This document shows positions 10,798-19,691 of a stretch of DNA of 62,226 nt, in pieces. A model generated the notes under the pieces. That model was not told where the DNA came from. It saw only the letters and a program-made list of their open reading frames with translations, and did not search any database. Location of the stretch: the NCBI GenBank assembly GCA_018647505.1, contig JABGSX010000041.1, positions 1-62,226 on the forward strand, read 5' to 3'. The stretch comes from a bacterium (lineage in GTDB: Bacteria; Babelota; Babeliae; Babelales; JABGSX01). The translations under genes were made by a program, and so were the position numbers. Position 1 is the first letter of the stretch; each line of letters begins with the position of its first letter.

Positions 10798-12885
10798 ATG
10801 GTAAAAAAGTTTTTCTTGGAAGAGTTTGGTTATGAAGTTGAAGTAGGTAAACTTGCTAAGCAGGCTGATGGTGCAGTCTGGTTTAAGCAGGGTGGAACGG
10901 CTATTTTGGGAACGGTTACTTCTGCTCCTGCAAAAGAGTTTCTTGGCTTTTTGCCGTTGTCCACTGATTATCGGGAGCAATTTGCCTCAATTGGAAAAAT
11001 TCCAGGTGGAATTTTTAAAAGAGAGGGGAGATCAACCGGGAAAGAGGTTTTAACCAGTCGTCTTATAGATCGTGCGATTCGCCCATTATTCCCAGCTAGG
11101 TATTTTGATCAGTTGCAGTTGCTTACTACGCTGTATTCCATGGACAAGCAACATAAGCCAGAACCGTTGGCGTTTTTGGCCGCGTCTTTGGCGTTGACTA
11201 TTTCAAAAATTCCATTTTTGGGACCTGTTGGAATTGCTGAGATTGGAAAAGTTGATGGAAAATGGGTTATGAACCCGACGTTTCCTCAAAGCTTGGTATC
11301 TGAAAATCGCCTCATTGTTGCGGGTACAGAAGAAGGTATCAGCATGGTTGAAGGTTCTTTAGAAGAAGTATCCGAGACCGAGTTATTGGATCTTCTTTTC
11401 AAGGCTCACGAAATAATTAAAAAACAGGTGGCTTGGCAGCTTAGCATTCAGAAAGAAGTTGGGGTAGAAAAAGAAAACCCAGAAGATAGCTTCGATTGGG
11501 ATGGCTGGGAGAAAAAGGTTGGTTTGTATTTATCTGATGATGTTCTCAAAAAGTTATTTGTAAAAGACAAGGCAGAAAGAGGAAAGAATCGTAAAGAACT
11601 AACACAGACCTTTATGGTGTCTAACAAAGATGCAATCGATGAAAGCCAAGAACCAATTAAGGTTGGATATATTTTTGAGTCTGTTTTCAAGAAAAAATTA
11701 AATGATATTATTTTCAATCTCGGAAAGCGTGTTGATGAGCGTGGCTTTGATGAGGTAAGAGCAATTGCTAGCGAAGTAAGTCTCTTGCAGAATGTTCATG
11801 GGTCAGCCCTGTTTACACGTGGCCAGACACAGGCTTTGGCAACCACGACACTTGGTAGTGGTGAAGATGAGCCTAAGGTCTTGGAAGCTTTGGAAGAAGC
11901 GGAAAAAGATACTCACTTCATGTTGCATTACAACTTTCTGCCTTTTTCTGTTGGGGAAGTTCGTCATTTAAGAGGTGTTGGCAGAAGAGAAATTGGTCAT
12001 GGATATTTGGCATTATCTGCTTTGAGACATGTATTGCCAGATAAGGATAGATTTCCATATACAATTCGAGTTGTCTCAGACATATTAGAATCTAACGGTT
12101 CTTCGTCAATGGCAACAGTATGTTCAGCAACATTGGCTTTGATGGATGCCGGTGTTCCAATCAAAAAAATGGTTGGTGGTATTGCCATGGGTCTACTGAT
12201 AAAAGCGGATGGAAACGTTAAAATTTTAAGTGATATTTCAGGAATAGAAGACGAAGTCGGATTAATGGACTTTAAAATTGCTGGTACAGATGATGGTATT
12301 ACAGCAATTCAAATGGATATAAAGCACAAGGGTGGCTTTACAAGAGATCTCTTCGAAAATGCATTGGCACAGGCAAAGCTTGGACGTGCTCATATACTTT
12401 CAAAAATGAGAGAGTGTATGACAAAACCTCGTTCAAGTGTTTCTGATATGGTTCCAAAAAATGTGTCCTTCAAGGTTGATCCGGACAGGATAGGCGCAAT
12501 TATTGGTTCTGGCGGAAAAGTTATTAGAGAAATTATTAGCAAAACAGATGCTTCGATTGACATAGAAGATGATGGAACCGTGAAAATATTTGGTTATCCT
12601 GGCAAAGGAATGGAGCAGGCTGTTGCATGGGTGAAAGTTCTTGCTGATCAAATTACCCCTGGTGATGTATATAATGGTGAGATTAAAAGGATTGCTGAAT
12701 TTGGTATTTTTGTTGAGGTTGCTCCAGGCAAAGATGGCTTGGTCCATATTTCAACAATACCAAAACCTCTTCAGCCAAAGCTTCAGCAAATTTACAAACT
12801 TGGGGATGATGTTAAGGTCAAAGTTATGGACTATGACCCTGTTACATTCCGCATAAGACTTAAAATTCTAGATGACAACAATTAA
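10798..12885 (+). CDS. pnp: polyribonucleotide nucleotidyltransferase (PNPase)
   Basis: 695 aa with two RNase PH-like halves, a KH domain (GAIIGSGGKVIREI) and an S1 domain (GEIKRIAEFGIFVEVAPGKDGLVHIS). Confidence 0.97.
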   Translation: MVKKFFLEEFGYEVEVGKLAKQADGAVWFKQGGTAILGTVTSAPAKEFLGFLPLSTDYREQFASIGKIPGGIFKREGRSTGKEVLTSRLIDRAIRPLFPARYFDQLQLLTTLYSMDKQHKPEPLAFLAASLALTISKIPFLGPVGIAEIGKVDGKWVMNPTFPQSLVSENRLIVAGTEEGISMVEGSLEEVSETELLDLLFKAHEIIKKQVAWQLSIQKEVGVEKENPEDSFDWDGWEKKVGLYLSDDVLKKLFVKDKAERGKNRKELTQTFMVSNKDAIDESQEPIKVGYIFESVFKKKLNDIIFNLGKRVDERGFDEVRAIASEVSLLQNVHGSALFTRGQTQALATTTLGSGEDEPKVLEALEEAEKDTHFMLHYNFLPFSVGEVRHLRGVGRREIGHGYLALSALRHVLPDKDRFPYTIRVVSDILESNGSSSMATVCSATLALMDAGVPIKKMVGGIAMGLLIKADGNVKILSDISGIEDEVGLMDFKIAGTDDGITAIQMDIKHKGGFTRDLFENALAQAKLGRAHILSKMRECMTKPRSSVSDMVPKNVSFKVDPDRIGAIIGSGGKVIREIISKTDASIDIEDDGTVKIFGYPGKGMEQAVAWVKVLADQITPGDVYNGEIKRIAEFGIFVEVAPGKDGLVHISTIPKPLQPKLQQIYKLGDDVKVKVMDYDPVTFRIRLKILDDNN

Positions 12886-12897
12886 GAGATAATTTGA

Positions 12898-12929
12898 GGG
12901 ACGAGCAAATAGTTCGTCCCCTTTTTTTT
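12898..12929 (+). terminator. rho-independent terminator after pnp
   Basis: GGGACGA (12898-12904) pairs with TCGTCCC (12914-12920). It is followed by C and T8 (12922-12929). Confidence 0.7.
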
Positions 12930-12949
12930 AATAACTTCAACAAAGGTCT

Positions 12950-13909
12950 ATGGCAAAATACGATTCCACTACGTTTTTGGACTATATTATTAAAGATAGT
13001 GATTTAGGTTCAATTAATACCGTTAGTTTTTTTGGGGACAAACATCCGCAGTTGTTTTTCTCCATTTTTTTTGAAAGGCTTCAAAATCTTTCTTCATTGG
13101 GTGTTGAGATGATGGACCTTGGTGATGTAGAAAAAAAACAAGTCAAATCTGCGTTGGCCGTTAGTTTTTTGGGGCAGCGGTTAATTTATTGGTTTGGCGA
13201 TATTTCTCGTCTTACAGAAAAGGTGCGTGGCTATTGGTTGGAGTATTTTAGAAAATATTCTGGTCCTCATGTATTATTGTTCTTTTCGGGTAAAACAGAG
13301 GACAAAAATTATGATATTTCTGTAGATTTAAGTGGGGTTGTTTCCAGAAAAGCTGCACGTTCTGTAATCTCATTTTTGTGTCCTAAAAAATCACATCATG
13401 CTCAGTTGCTTGTTGCAAAAGTTACAGAGCATAATAAAAAACTTTCGTTAGACACGGTTTCGCTGCTTTCGTACTATGGAACTTTTTTGGGCAGGAATTA
13501 TAAGGAGTTTGTGGAGGACTGGCTGCCAAAGTTGATTCCAGATGAAGCCTCTTTGTTTGATTTGGCTAAGTATTTTTTTGCAAAAAAAACACAAATGTTT
13601 TTTCGTCAATGGAACAAAATGTCCAATTTGTGGCCACCAGTTTTTTGGGTTGCGTATTGGTCTGAGCAGTTGTGGAGGGCTCAGTCGTATATATTGTTGA
13701 TGAGACAAAAAAACGTTGCCCAGGCAAAAAGAATTGCATATCGTTTACCTTTTTCGTTTATTAATATTGATTGGCGAAAACACAAAGAAAAAGAGCTAAG
13801 CAATGCGCTCCAGTTTTTGTATTCATTCGATTATGAGTTAAAAAATGGTGGGCAAGAGTATGGGATAGATTTGTTTTGTATGAAATTTATGCTTAATGAG
13901 TTTGTTTAG
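12950..13909 (+). CDS. hypothetical protein; possibly DNA polymerase III delta subunit-like (HolA)
   Basis: 319-aa ORF with good coding texture. The size and a C-terminal pattern (ALQFLYSFDYELKNGG) resemble the delta-subunit domain III motif. This is a weak, memory-based call. Confidence 0.35.
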   Translation: MAKYDSTTFLDYIIKDSDLGSINTVSFFGDKHPQLFFSIFFERLQNLSSLGVEMMDLGDVEKKQVKSALAVSFLGQRLIYWFGDISRLTEKVRGYWLEYFRKYSGPHVLLFFSGKTEDKNYDISVDLSGVVSRKAARSVISFLCPKKSHHAQLLVAKVTEHNKKLSLDTVSLLSYYGTFLGRNYKEFVEDWLPKLIPDEASLFDLAKYFFAKKTQMFFRQWNKMSNLWPPVFWVAYWSEQLWRAQSYILLMRQKNVAQAKRIAYRLPFSFINIDWRKHKEKELSNALQFLYSFDYELKNGGQEYGIDLFCMKFMLNEFV

Positions 13910-14039
13910 TTTTTCTTTTCTAGTTTTATCTATTTTTAAAATGCGCATTGTTGACAAATAGCCTTAAGTCTTGGTGATTTCAAATTAGTAAGAGGTCAAA
14001 ATATAGGGAAAAGTGACTTGTCTGAGGGGGGAAGTTGTA

Positions 14040-14858
14040 ATGGTTAGGAAGCCTATCTTTTTAATTTCATTTTTTTTGTTTGTTTTGTTTTCAAATTCTT
14101 TTTACGGTAAAAGTTCCAAGAGTGCAATTGTTATTGGTGCTTCTTCTGGAATCGGCCGGGAACTTGCTAAAGTTCTATCGATGGAAGGATATGCTGTCGG
14201 TATTGCAAGTAGAAAGCTTGACAAGCTTAATAGTCTTGCTGATGAAATTGGAGAAGAAGTCTTTGTAAAACAAATCGATATTTCTAAGTTTGATGATGCT
14301 CGTGAAAGATTAAATGAACTTATAGGTCAAATGGTAAAAGTTGATTTAATAGTTATTAATGCTGGATTTTTTGGACAAGAAGAGCCAGATGTTTCTTACG
14401 GAAAAGACCCTCTTTGGGCTGTGGAAAAAAGAACAATAGATGTTAATGTTTCTGGGTTCGTTGCGATGGCAAATTCTGTAATGGCATATTTTAAGGAAGT
14501 TGGCCATGGTCACTTGGTAGGTGTTTCTTCTGTAGATGCCGTTAGGGGGATTTGTGTTAATCCTTCTTACAGTGGATCTAAAGCATTTATTTCAAACTAT
14601 ATGCAAGGGCTTAGAAGTCAGCTAGATCAGGCTGGAATAGACATAAGTATAACTGACATTAGGCCTGGATATGTTTCTACATATGAACCTGGTCCTGAGG
14701 CGTATTGGGTTGCCACAGCTCAAGAGGTTGCTCCTCAGATATATGATGCGATAGCCAAAAAGAAGAAGGTTGCTTATGTAACAAAGCGATGGCAGTTAAT
14801 AGCTTGGCTTTTAATGATAGCTCCAGATTTTGTTTATGATAGTCTTGGAGGTTTTTAG
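14040..14858 (+). CDS. short-chain dehydrogenase/reductase (SDR) with N-terminal hydrophobic segment
   Basis: Carries the dinucleotide motif GASSGIGRELA and the catalytic YSGSK. ATG 14040 is preferred over the track start at 14013 because GAGGGGGG (14024-14031) lies 8 nt upstream of it. Confidence 0.85.
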   Translation: MVRKPIFLISFFLFVLFSNSFYGKSSKSAIVIGASSGIGRELAKVLSMEGYAVGIASRKLDKLNSLADEIGEEVFVKQIDISKFDDARERLNELIGQMVKVDLIVINAGFFGQEEPDVSYGKDPLWAVEKRTIDVNVSGFVAMANSVMAYFKEVGHGHLVGVSSVDAVRGICVNPSYSGSKAFISNYMQGLRSQLDQAGIDISITDIRPGYVSTYEPGPEAYWVATAQEVAPQIYDAIAKKKKVAYVTKRWQLIAWLLMIAPDFVYDSLGGF

Positions 14859-14888
14859 AAGTGTAATATATTCATGTTTAAAATTTTT

Positions 14889-14923
14889 GAAAGATAGAGA
14901 GAAAACTATTCTCTCTATCTTTC
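14889..14923. terminator. 15-bp perfect hairpin between convergent genes
   Basis: GAAAGATAGAGAGAA (14889-14903), loop AACTA, TTCTCTCTATCTTTC (14909-14923). It lies between the SDR gene (+) and the LOG gene (-). There is no clean T-run on either side. Confidence 0.55.
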
Positions 14924-14942
14924 TGCCTTAACATTATGTTTG

Positions 14943-15593
14943 TTACATATATTTTTTGATGTGTTCCACAGCTTTTTCTGCGCTATCGGTGATAAACAAA
15001 ATTTTTAAAATTTGTTTATCTAGTAAGCCTTGTTTTACACATGTTGTTTCTAGCCATTTTATAAATGGTTCCCAATATTTTATTCCAAAAAGGATAATTG
15101 GAAATGCCTGTATTTTTTTAGTATCAACAAGAGTTAAAACTTGTGTCATTTCATCTAGTGTTCCAATTCCTCCTGGAAATATTGCAAAAGCCTTTGAGTG
15201 CCTGATTAGTAGCCATTTTCTTAGTGCGAAGTTGTCGACGTCCATAAATGGCAAAGTTTTGTGGTGATTTTTGAATTTTTCATCTAGCTTTTCTACACCA
15301 ATTCCTTGTGTTTCGTCCGGATTTTCGTCAAAAGCACCGCGAATAGTAGCATACATAATTCCTGCTCCAGCCCCTGCAAGAATAGAAAATTTATTTTTTA
15401 CACATAAATGTGCAAATTTGTAAGCTGTTTGCGCGTATTTGTGTTTATTTTTAACTTTTGCTCCGCCGAAAATGGAAACGCGAGGAGTATCTCTGCTGAA
15501 GATGTGCCAAAAACCACGGATAATTGAAAAGCATTCAAAAAACCACATAAAGCAGAACTTTACTGTTAACCACAGAGTTTTGAGTAAAAACAT
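14943..15593 (-). CDS. LOG family / TIGR00730-type Rossmann-fold nucleotide-binding protein
   Basis: 216 aa with the motifs AGAGAGIMYA and PGGIGTLDEM, which are typical of LOG (lysine-decarboxylase-like) proteins. Confidence 0.85.
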   Translation of the reverse strand: MFLLKTLWLTVKFCFMWFFECFSIIRGFWHIFSRDTPRVSIFGGAKVKNKHKYAQTAYKFAHLCVKNKFSILAGAGAGIMYATIRGAFDENPDETQGIGVEKLDEKFKNHHKTLPFMDVDNFALRKWLLIRHSKAFAIFPGGIGTLDEMTQVLTLVDTKKIQAFPIILFGIKYWEPFIKWLETTCVKQGLLDKQILKILFITDSAEKAVEHIKKYM

Positions 15594-15620
15594 GAGATCT
15601 CCTTTTTTAAATGGCGAAAT

Positions 15621-16292
15621 TTATTTAGATTTTCTTTTTCTCTTAAATCTAGTTGGCTTTATTATTCCACCAGAAATTATCAGGGCCATAGCTTCTTGGC
15701 GTGATAATGATATTTTTGTTATCTGTTCGGCTGGAATAATTGCTAAGTAACCCGTTGTTGGGTTTGGTGTTGTTGGAATATATACGTGAGAAAACTCTTG
15801 TTTTGTGTCAGGAGAAAGTTCTTGTGGAAATTCGCTTGTTAAAAATCCTATACAGTAAACTCCGTTCCGTGGATATTCGGCCAGTACAGCTTGCCTAAAA
15901 CTTTCCTTGTCTTGAGTGCCAAATGCGTTGACGATTCGCTTAATTCCGCCGTATACACTTCTAACTAAAGGAATTTTTTCTAATATTGACTCAAGTATAT
16001 TAATTGCCGATCGCATTACAAACAGTTTTAAGATTGTTCCGGTGATGAATATAAAAAGTAATACCAAAATGAGCTCTGCGTGAGGAATTTGTTCAAATAT
16101 TGCGGGTCGTATTCTATTTAATGGTTCTAGCCAACCCTGTATAACTCGCCACGAAAATGCAAAAAGCGCTACGGTCAAAGTAATGGGCAATAGGGTCAAA
16201 AAGCCAGTTAAAAAAATGGCCTTGATTGTTTCAAGAATAAAAACAAAAAACCCTTTTATAACCTTATATATTATTACAAAAAACTTTAACAT
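15621..16292 (-). CDS. DUF502 family membrane protein
   Basis: 223 aa with two N-terminal TM helices and a DUF502-like signature, YIPTTPNPTTGYL. Confidence 0.78.
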   Translation of the reverse strand: MLKFFVIIYKVIKGFFVFILETIKAIFLTGFLTLLPITLTVALFAFSWRVIQGWLEPLNRIRPAIFEQIPHAELILVLLFIFITGTILKLFVMRSAINILESILEKIPLVRSVYGGIKRIVNAFGTQDKESFRQAVLAEYPRNGVYCIGFLTSEFPQELSPDTKQEFSHVYIPTTPNPTTGYLAIIPAEQITKISLSRQEAMALIISGGIIKPTRFKRKRKSK

Positions 16293-16313
16293 AAAAATCT
16301 TCCCATTTTCTTT

Positions 16314-17639
16314 TTATAAAAGTTGTCTTTTTAGTTTTTGAGAAAGTTGTTCCGCAATTTCTTGTGCATTTTTTTGATATTCTTCCTCAACCATTATTCG
16401 TAATTTATTTTCTGTTCCAGAGTATCTTACAATTAATCTGCCGTTTGATAGTTTTTGTTTGTGCTCAGAAATGATATCAGATAGGGGTGGTGCTTGTAGG
16501 TCGCGTTTTTCTCTTACAGCGAGATTGATTTGTATTTGTGGAAACCGGGTAAATGTTTCAATATTCCAGTTTTTTGTTAGAAGTGCTGTTTGGGCGATGC
16601 GAAGCGCAACAAAAATACCGTCCCCAGAACTCAGATGATCTTTCAGAATAATATGCCCAGATTGTTCTCCTCCCAAAATTGTATCCAACTTTTTTAATTT
16701 TTCAGCGACATATTTGTCTCCAACTGGAGTTCGGACCAATGATATCCCCTTGGATTTTAAGTATGTGTCAAGTCCGTGATTAGTGATAATTGTTCCTACG
16801 ATGGTTTTGCAATTTTTATATATTGGGTGTTCTAGTAAAAATGCTAAAATATCATCCCCGTCTTTTATGCTTCCGTTTTTTGCAACAGCAAGTATGCGAT
16901 CGCCATCACCGTCGAAGGCAAACCCGATGGCTGCATTTTGCTCAATAACTTTTTTTTGTAGTTCTTGTGGATGTAGAGATCCACAGTCTTTGTTGATGTT
17001 TGTTCCGTTTGGGGATGCATTAATTGTAATAACTTCTGCGCCAAATTTTTTAAAAATATGAGGTGCAAGTTTGTATGTTGCTCCGTTTGCACAATCAAGA
17101 ACAACCTTGATTCCTTTTAAAAAATTTTTATCGAATTTGGATTCGATGTATGAGGTGTAATATTTTTCACCATAGTTCCAATAAAATTCTGATCCAAAAA
17201 TTCCTTCTGGTTTTGGATTTGGTTGCTCATCGTAAAAAAGTTGTGAAATATAAACTTCGTCTTCAAGAGAAATTTTCCCCCCTTTAGTGTCGATTATCTT
17301 TAGACCGTTGTCATAATATGGGTTGTGTGAAGCAGAAATAACAATTCCGCCGTCGAATAAATTTTGATACTTAAGAAGTTGAAAAACGGTTGGCGTTGGT
17401 AGAGTGCCAGCGTCATATACGTTTATCGGGTGTTGTAAAAGCCCGGTTTTTAATGCCGACTTAACAAACGGGCACGAAATTCGGGTGTCGTGTGCAATGA
17501 TAATATGTGGATTTTCTTGAAAATGTGAACATGCCCATGTTCCAAGTGCATCTCCAATATGGATCAACGAGTGTGCTGTAAATGGTTCTTTCCCAACTTT
17601 TCTACGAATTCCATCTGTACCAAAAAGATTCTGATCCAT
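16314..17639 (-). CDS. glmM: phosphoglucosamine mutase
   Basis: 441 aa with the active-site loop ISASHNPYYDNGLK, the Mg site FDGDGDR and GGEQSGH. It lies downstream of a cdaA-like gene and a ybbR-like gene. Confidence 0.95.
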   Translation of the reverse strand: MDQNLFGTDGIRRKVGKEPFTAHSLIHIGDALGTWACSHFQENPHIIIAHDTRISCPFVKSALKTGLLQHPINVYDAGTLPTPTVFQLLKYQNLFDGGIVISASHNPYYDNGLKIIDTKGGKISLEDEVYISQLFYDEQPNPKPEGIFGSEFYWNYGEKYYTSYIESKFDKNFLKGIKVVLDCANGATYKLAPHIFKKFGAEVITINASPNGTNINKDCGSLHPQELQKKVIEQNAAIGFAFDGDGDRILAVAKNGSIKDGDDILAFLLEHPIYKNCKTIVGTIITNHGLDTYLKSKGISLVRTPVGDKYVAEKLKKLDTILGGEQSGHIILKDHLSSGDGIFVALRIAQTALLTKNWNIETFTRFPQIQINLAVREKRDLQAPPLSDIISEHKQKLSNGRLIVRYSGTENKLRIMVEEEYQKNAQEIAEQLSQKLKRQLL

Positions 17640-17648
17640 TCAGGTCCC

Positions 17649-18035
17649 TTATTCATTTTTTTGCGTAATGTTAATATCGAATATAGACGGATTATAGTCT
17701 ACCAGCTTAACCTCCTCTGGTAAAAGAATATCTTCTTGGCTAACGGTGTATATGTTTGCGCCGTTAGAGAGGGTTTTTGCGCTTATATTGAAGCTTGGCC
17801 CGTGAGAAATAAAATCGCGCAAATCGAACCTTCTGCCAGAGACATTTATATTCAAAAATTCTGGGCCGCTGGCGATTATATTTTTTGGTATGTCGAAAAA
17901 TATAATTGGTAGGTCCAGCTTTAGTGTTGTGAAAAAAGACTGGCTTATCATAAGCCATAGAAAATAAGCGTAAATGAGAGCGATTACTTTAAGTAGTAAT
18001 TTGGTCTGAAATATCTTTTTCATTAGGTACAACAT
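17649..18035 (-). CDS. YbbR-domain (CdaR-like) membrane-anchored protein
   Basis: N-terminal anchor followed by one YbbR-like beta-rich unit (LDLPIIFFDIPKNIIASGPEFLNINVSGRRFDL). ATG 18035 is chosen because AAGGAG (18049-18044 on the minus strand) lies 8 nt upstream. The track start at 18077 has no SD. It sits in the synteny slot between cdaA-like and glmM. Confidence 0.5.
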   Translation of the reverse strand: MLYLMKKIFQTKLLLKVIALIYAYFLWLMISQSFFTTLKLDLPIIFFDIPKNIIASGPEFLNINVSGRRFDLRDFISHGPSFNISAKTLSNGANIYTVSQEDILLPEEVKLVDYNPSIFDINITQKNE

Positions 18036-18852
18036 ACTCTTTGCTCCTTTTTTTTGTATATGTTTGCTTAAAGCCATACATGGTTACAAATTTCAAAAAA
18101 TTATATGCTGACACATCTGGAATGTGTTTCCCATCTATTATTATGTTGAATACACGTTTTTCTGGAGTTATAGAAAAAATAAGAGCATCTGTTTGCTCTG
18201 TAAAAATTTTTGCCTGTTCAAACCATTGGCTTTCTTGTTCAAAATTGTATTCCTCTGCAAACCATTCATCTTGTTGTTCAAGGTCCCACGAAGTATTTAT
18301 TGCCCGGATTTTTCCACTTTCTTCTAGCCACAGTAATTTTTGTGTGTTGACAACTTTGTTTTCCAAAATGATTGTTAAAAGGTGCTTGTCTATATTCGCA
18401 TCAAACATAAACGAACTTTGCAACAAACTTTCAAGGGGATCTTTACGCTCTATTACGCATCTAATTGATTTGTTTTTGTTTATGATAAACAGGCAAACTT
18501 GTGTAACGGTTTCTAGCCAATTTATATCTATCTGAGAAAACGGTTTTTTCATTGCTACGCCAACGAGATTTTTTTGCAATGTTTTTTGATGGAATACGAT
18601 TAGCAACGTAAAAACCACAGGGGAAAAAAACAATAAAAATTGATTAAGTGCGTGCATTTTGAAAAAATATGAACCGAAAAAAGCAATGCAATATAGATGA
18701 AAATAGCCAAGAAGGTATTTATATTTATTTTTTGATAGCCATGAAAGAAAAATATATATGGCTGCTGCAAAAATTGTAATTTCAATAAAATCGATTATAC
18801 GAAAGATACCGCTGTGTGAAATGAAAGCTGGATTGAAGATTTTCTGCCACAT
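17989..18852 (-). CDS. CdaA-like membrane protein (diadenylate cyclase homologue with degenerate catalytic motifs)
   Basis: 287 aa. It has three N-terminal TM helices and collinear similarity to CdaA/DacA (IIDFIEITIF…, LLIVFHQKTLQKNL, SIRCVIERKDPLESL, TEQTDALIFSITPEKR). No DGA or RHR motif is present (see findings). Confidence 0.6.
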   Translation of the reverse strand: MWQKIFNPAFISHSGIFRIIDFIEITIFAAAIYIFLSWLSKNKYKYLLGYFHLYCIAFFGSYFFKMHALNQFLLFFSPVVFTLLIVFHQKTLQKNLVGVAMKKPFSQIDINWLETVTQVCLFIINKNKSIRCVIERKDPLESLLQSSFMFDANIDKHLLTIILENKVVNTQKLLWLEESGKIRAINTSWDLEQQDEWFAEEYNFEQESQWFEQAKIFTEQTDALIFSITPEKRVFNIIIDGKHIPDVSAYNFLKFVTMYGFKQTYTKKRSKEYVVPNEKDISDQITT

Positions 18853-19072
18853 AGAGACTCCTTTTTAAAAAGTAAATGCATTACCTATTCTGTATACAAC
18901 AAATTTATTTTGGTTACAACAAAAGGGTTAAAGTGGCTAGTTTTTCACAAGACGTATATTTTGCTGCAAATGTTTGATTTTGCATCCGAGAAAACTTGAC
19001 AAGTTGAAAATATTGGGTAGGCTGAGAATTAGATATTAATGACAGTGAGTCGGTTTTTTTGGAGGTTATATT

Positions 19073-19546
19073 ATGAAAAATTCAAAATTGATTTTTTTAG
19101 GTTGTATTTTAGCTGTAGGGCTTGTAAATGGTGCGGATGATCCTGTTCTTGCGGCTCTACGTTCAAGAACGGGTGTCGTTGCTAGATTGGCTGCTAAGGC
19201 CAAAACAGAATGGTGTGCAGATTCAGAGGTAGCTAAAGCATCAAGCGATCTTGATGGGCTTGTTGAAAAAGCAAGGGCGTTGAATGCGGAAATAAATTTT
19301 GCAACAACTTTGGTAAGCCGTACAACTGATTTGACTTTAGAGAGTGAAAAGATTGCATACTTTTCAACAATGTTGGATGAGTTAACACTAGGATTTAGAA
19401 GTGTTGTTATAGCTCTGCCAAAACATCTTGTAAAGGGTGCGCCATCTGTAAAGATGGAGTTGCTAAGTAAACAACTTGCAATTACTACGCGAATTTTGCA
19501 AGAGTACGCTGAAAAGTTTCGCGGATTAAAAGCAGAGTGTTCATAA
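19073..19546 (+). CDS. hypothetical secreted protein
   Basis: 157 aa. The signal peptide is MKNSKLIFLGCILAVGLVNGA. GGAGG lies 8 nt upstream of the ATG. The mature part is Ala-rich and helical, with no recognisable domain. Confidence 0.6.
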   Translation: MKNSKLIFLGCILAVGLVNGADDPVLAALRSRTGVVARLAAKAKTEWCADSEVAKASSDLDGLVEKARALNAEINFATTLVSRTTDLTLESEKIAYFSTMLDELTLGFRSVVIALPKHLVKGAPSVKMELLSKQLAITTRILQEYAEKFRGLKAECS

Positions 19547-19585
19547 ATTTAGAATGAAGATTCTGTAGTACGGAAGTATTTTAAA

Positions 19586-19615
19586 GGAGCGCATTAACTT
19601 GTGCTCCTTTTTTTT
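19586..19615 (+). terminator. rho-independent terminator
   Basis: GGAGCGCA (19586-19593) pairs with TGTGCTCC (19600-19607), with one G-U, and is followed by T8. The start of the track's trpS ORF (19599) falls inside this hairpin. Confidence 0.6.
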
Positions 19616-19691
19616 GTGCTCATACAACGAAGAACTTTTATGGTATTCTGGTACCATAAATTTTGGTTTTAAGAGTAAAGAGGATGTTAAT

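Noticed and set aside
19547-19691. A possible T-box leader or attenuator upstream of trpS.
   Set aside because: Only about 145 nt are available. I see no T-box consensus (…GGGTGGTACCGCG…) or specifier-loop architecture. The hairpin plus T8 is better explained as the terminator of the upstream gene.
19599-19691. The N-terminal extension of the trpS ORF in the track ([18 protein letters not shown]…). Analogous extensions occur for rplS (29256-29348), rplM (56008-56220) and rpsP (27416-27430).
   Set aside because: The extensions are not homologous to the respective protein families. The canonical N-termini begin at internal ATGs with their own SDs.
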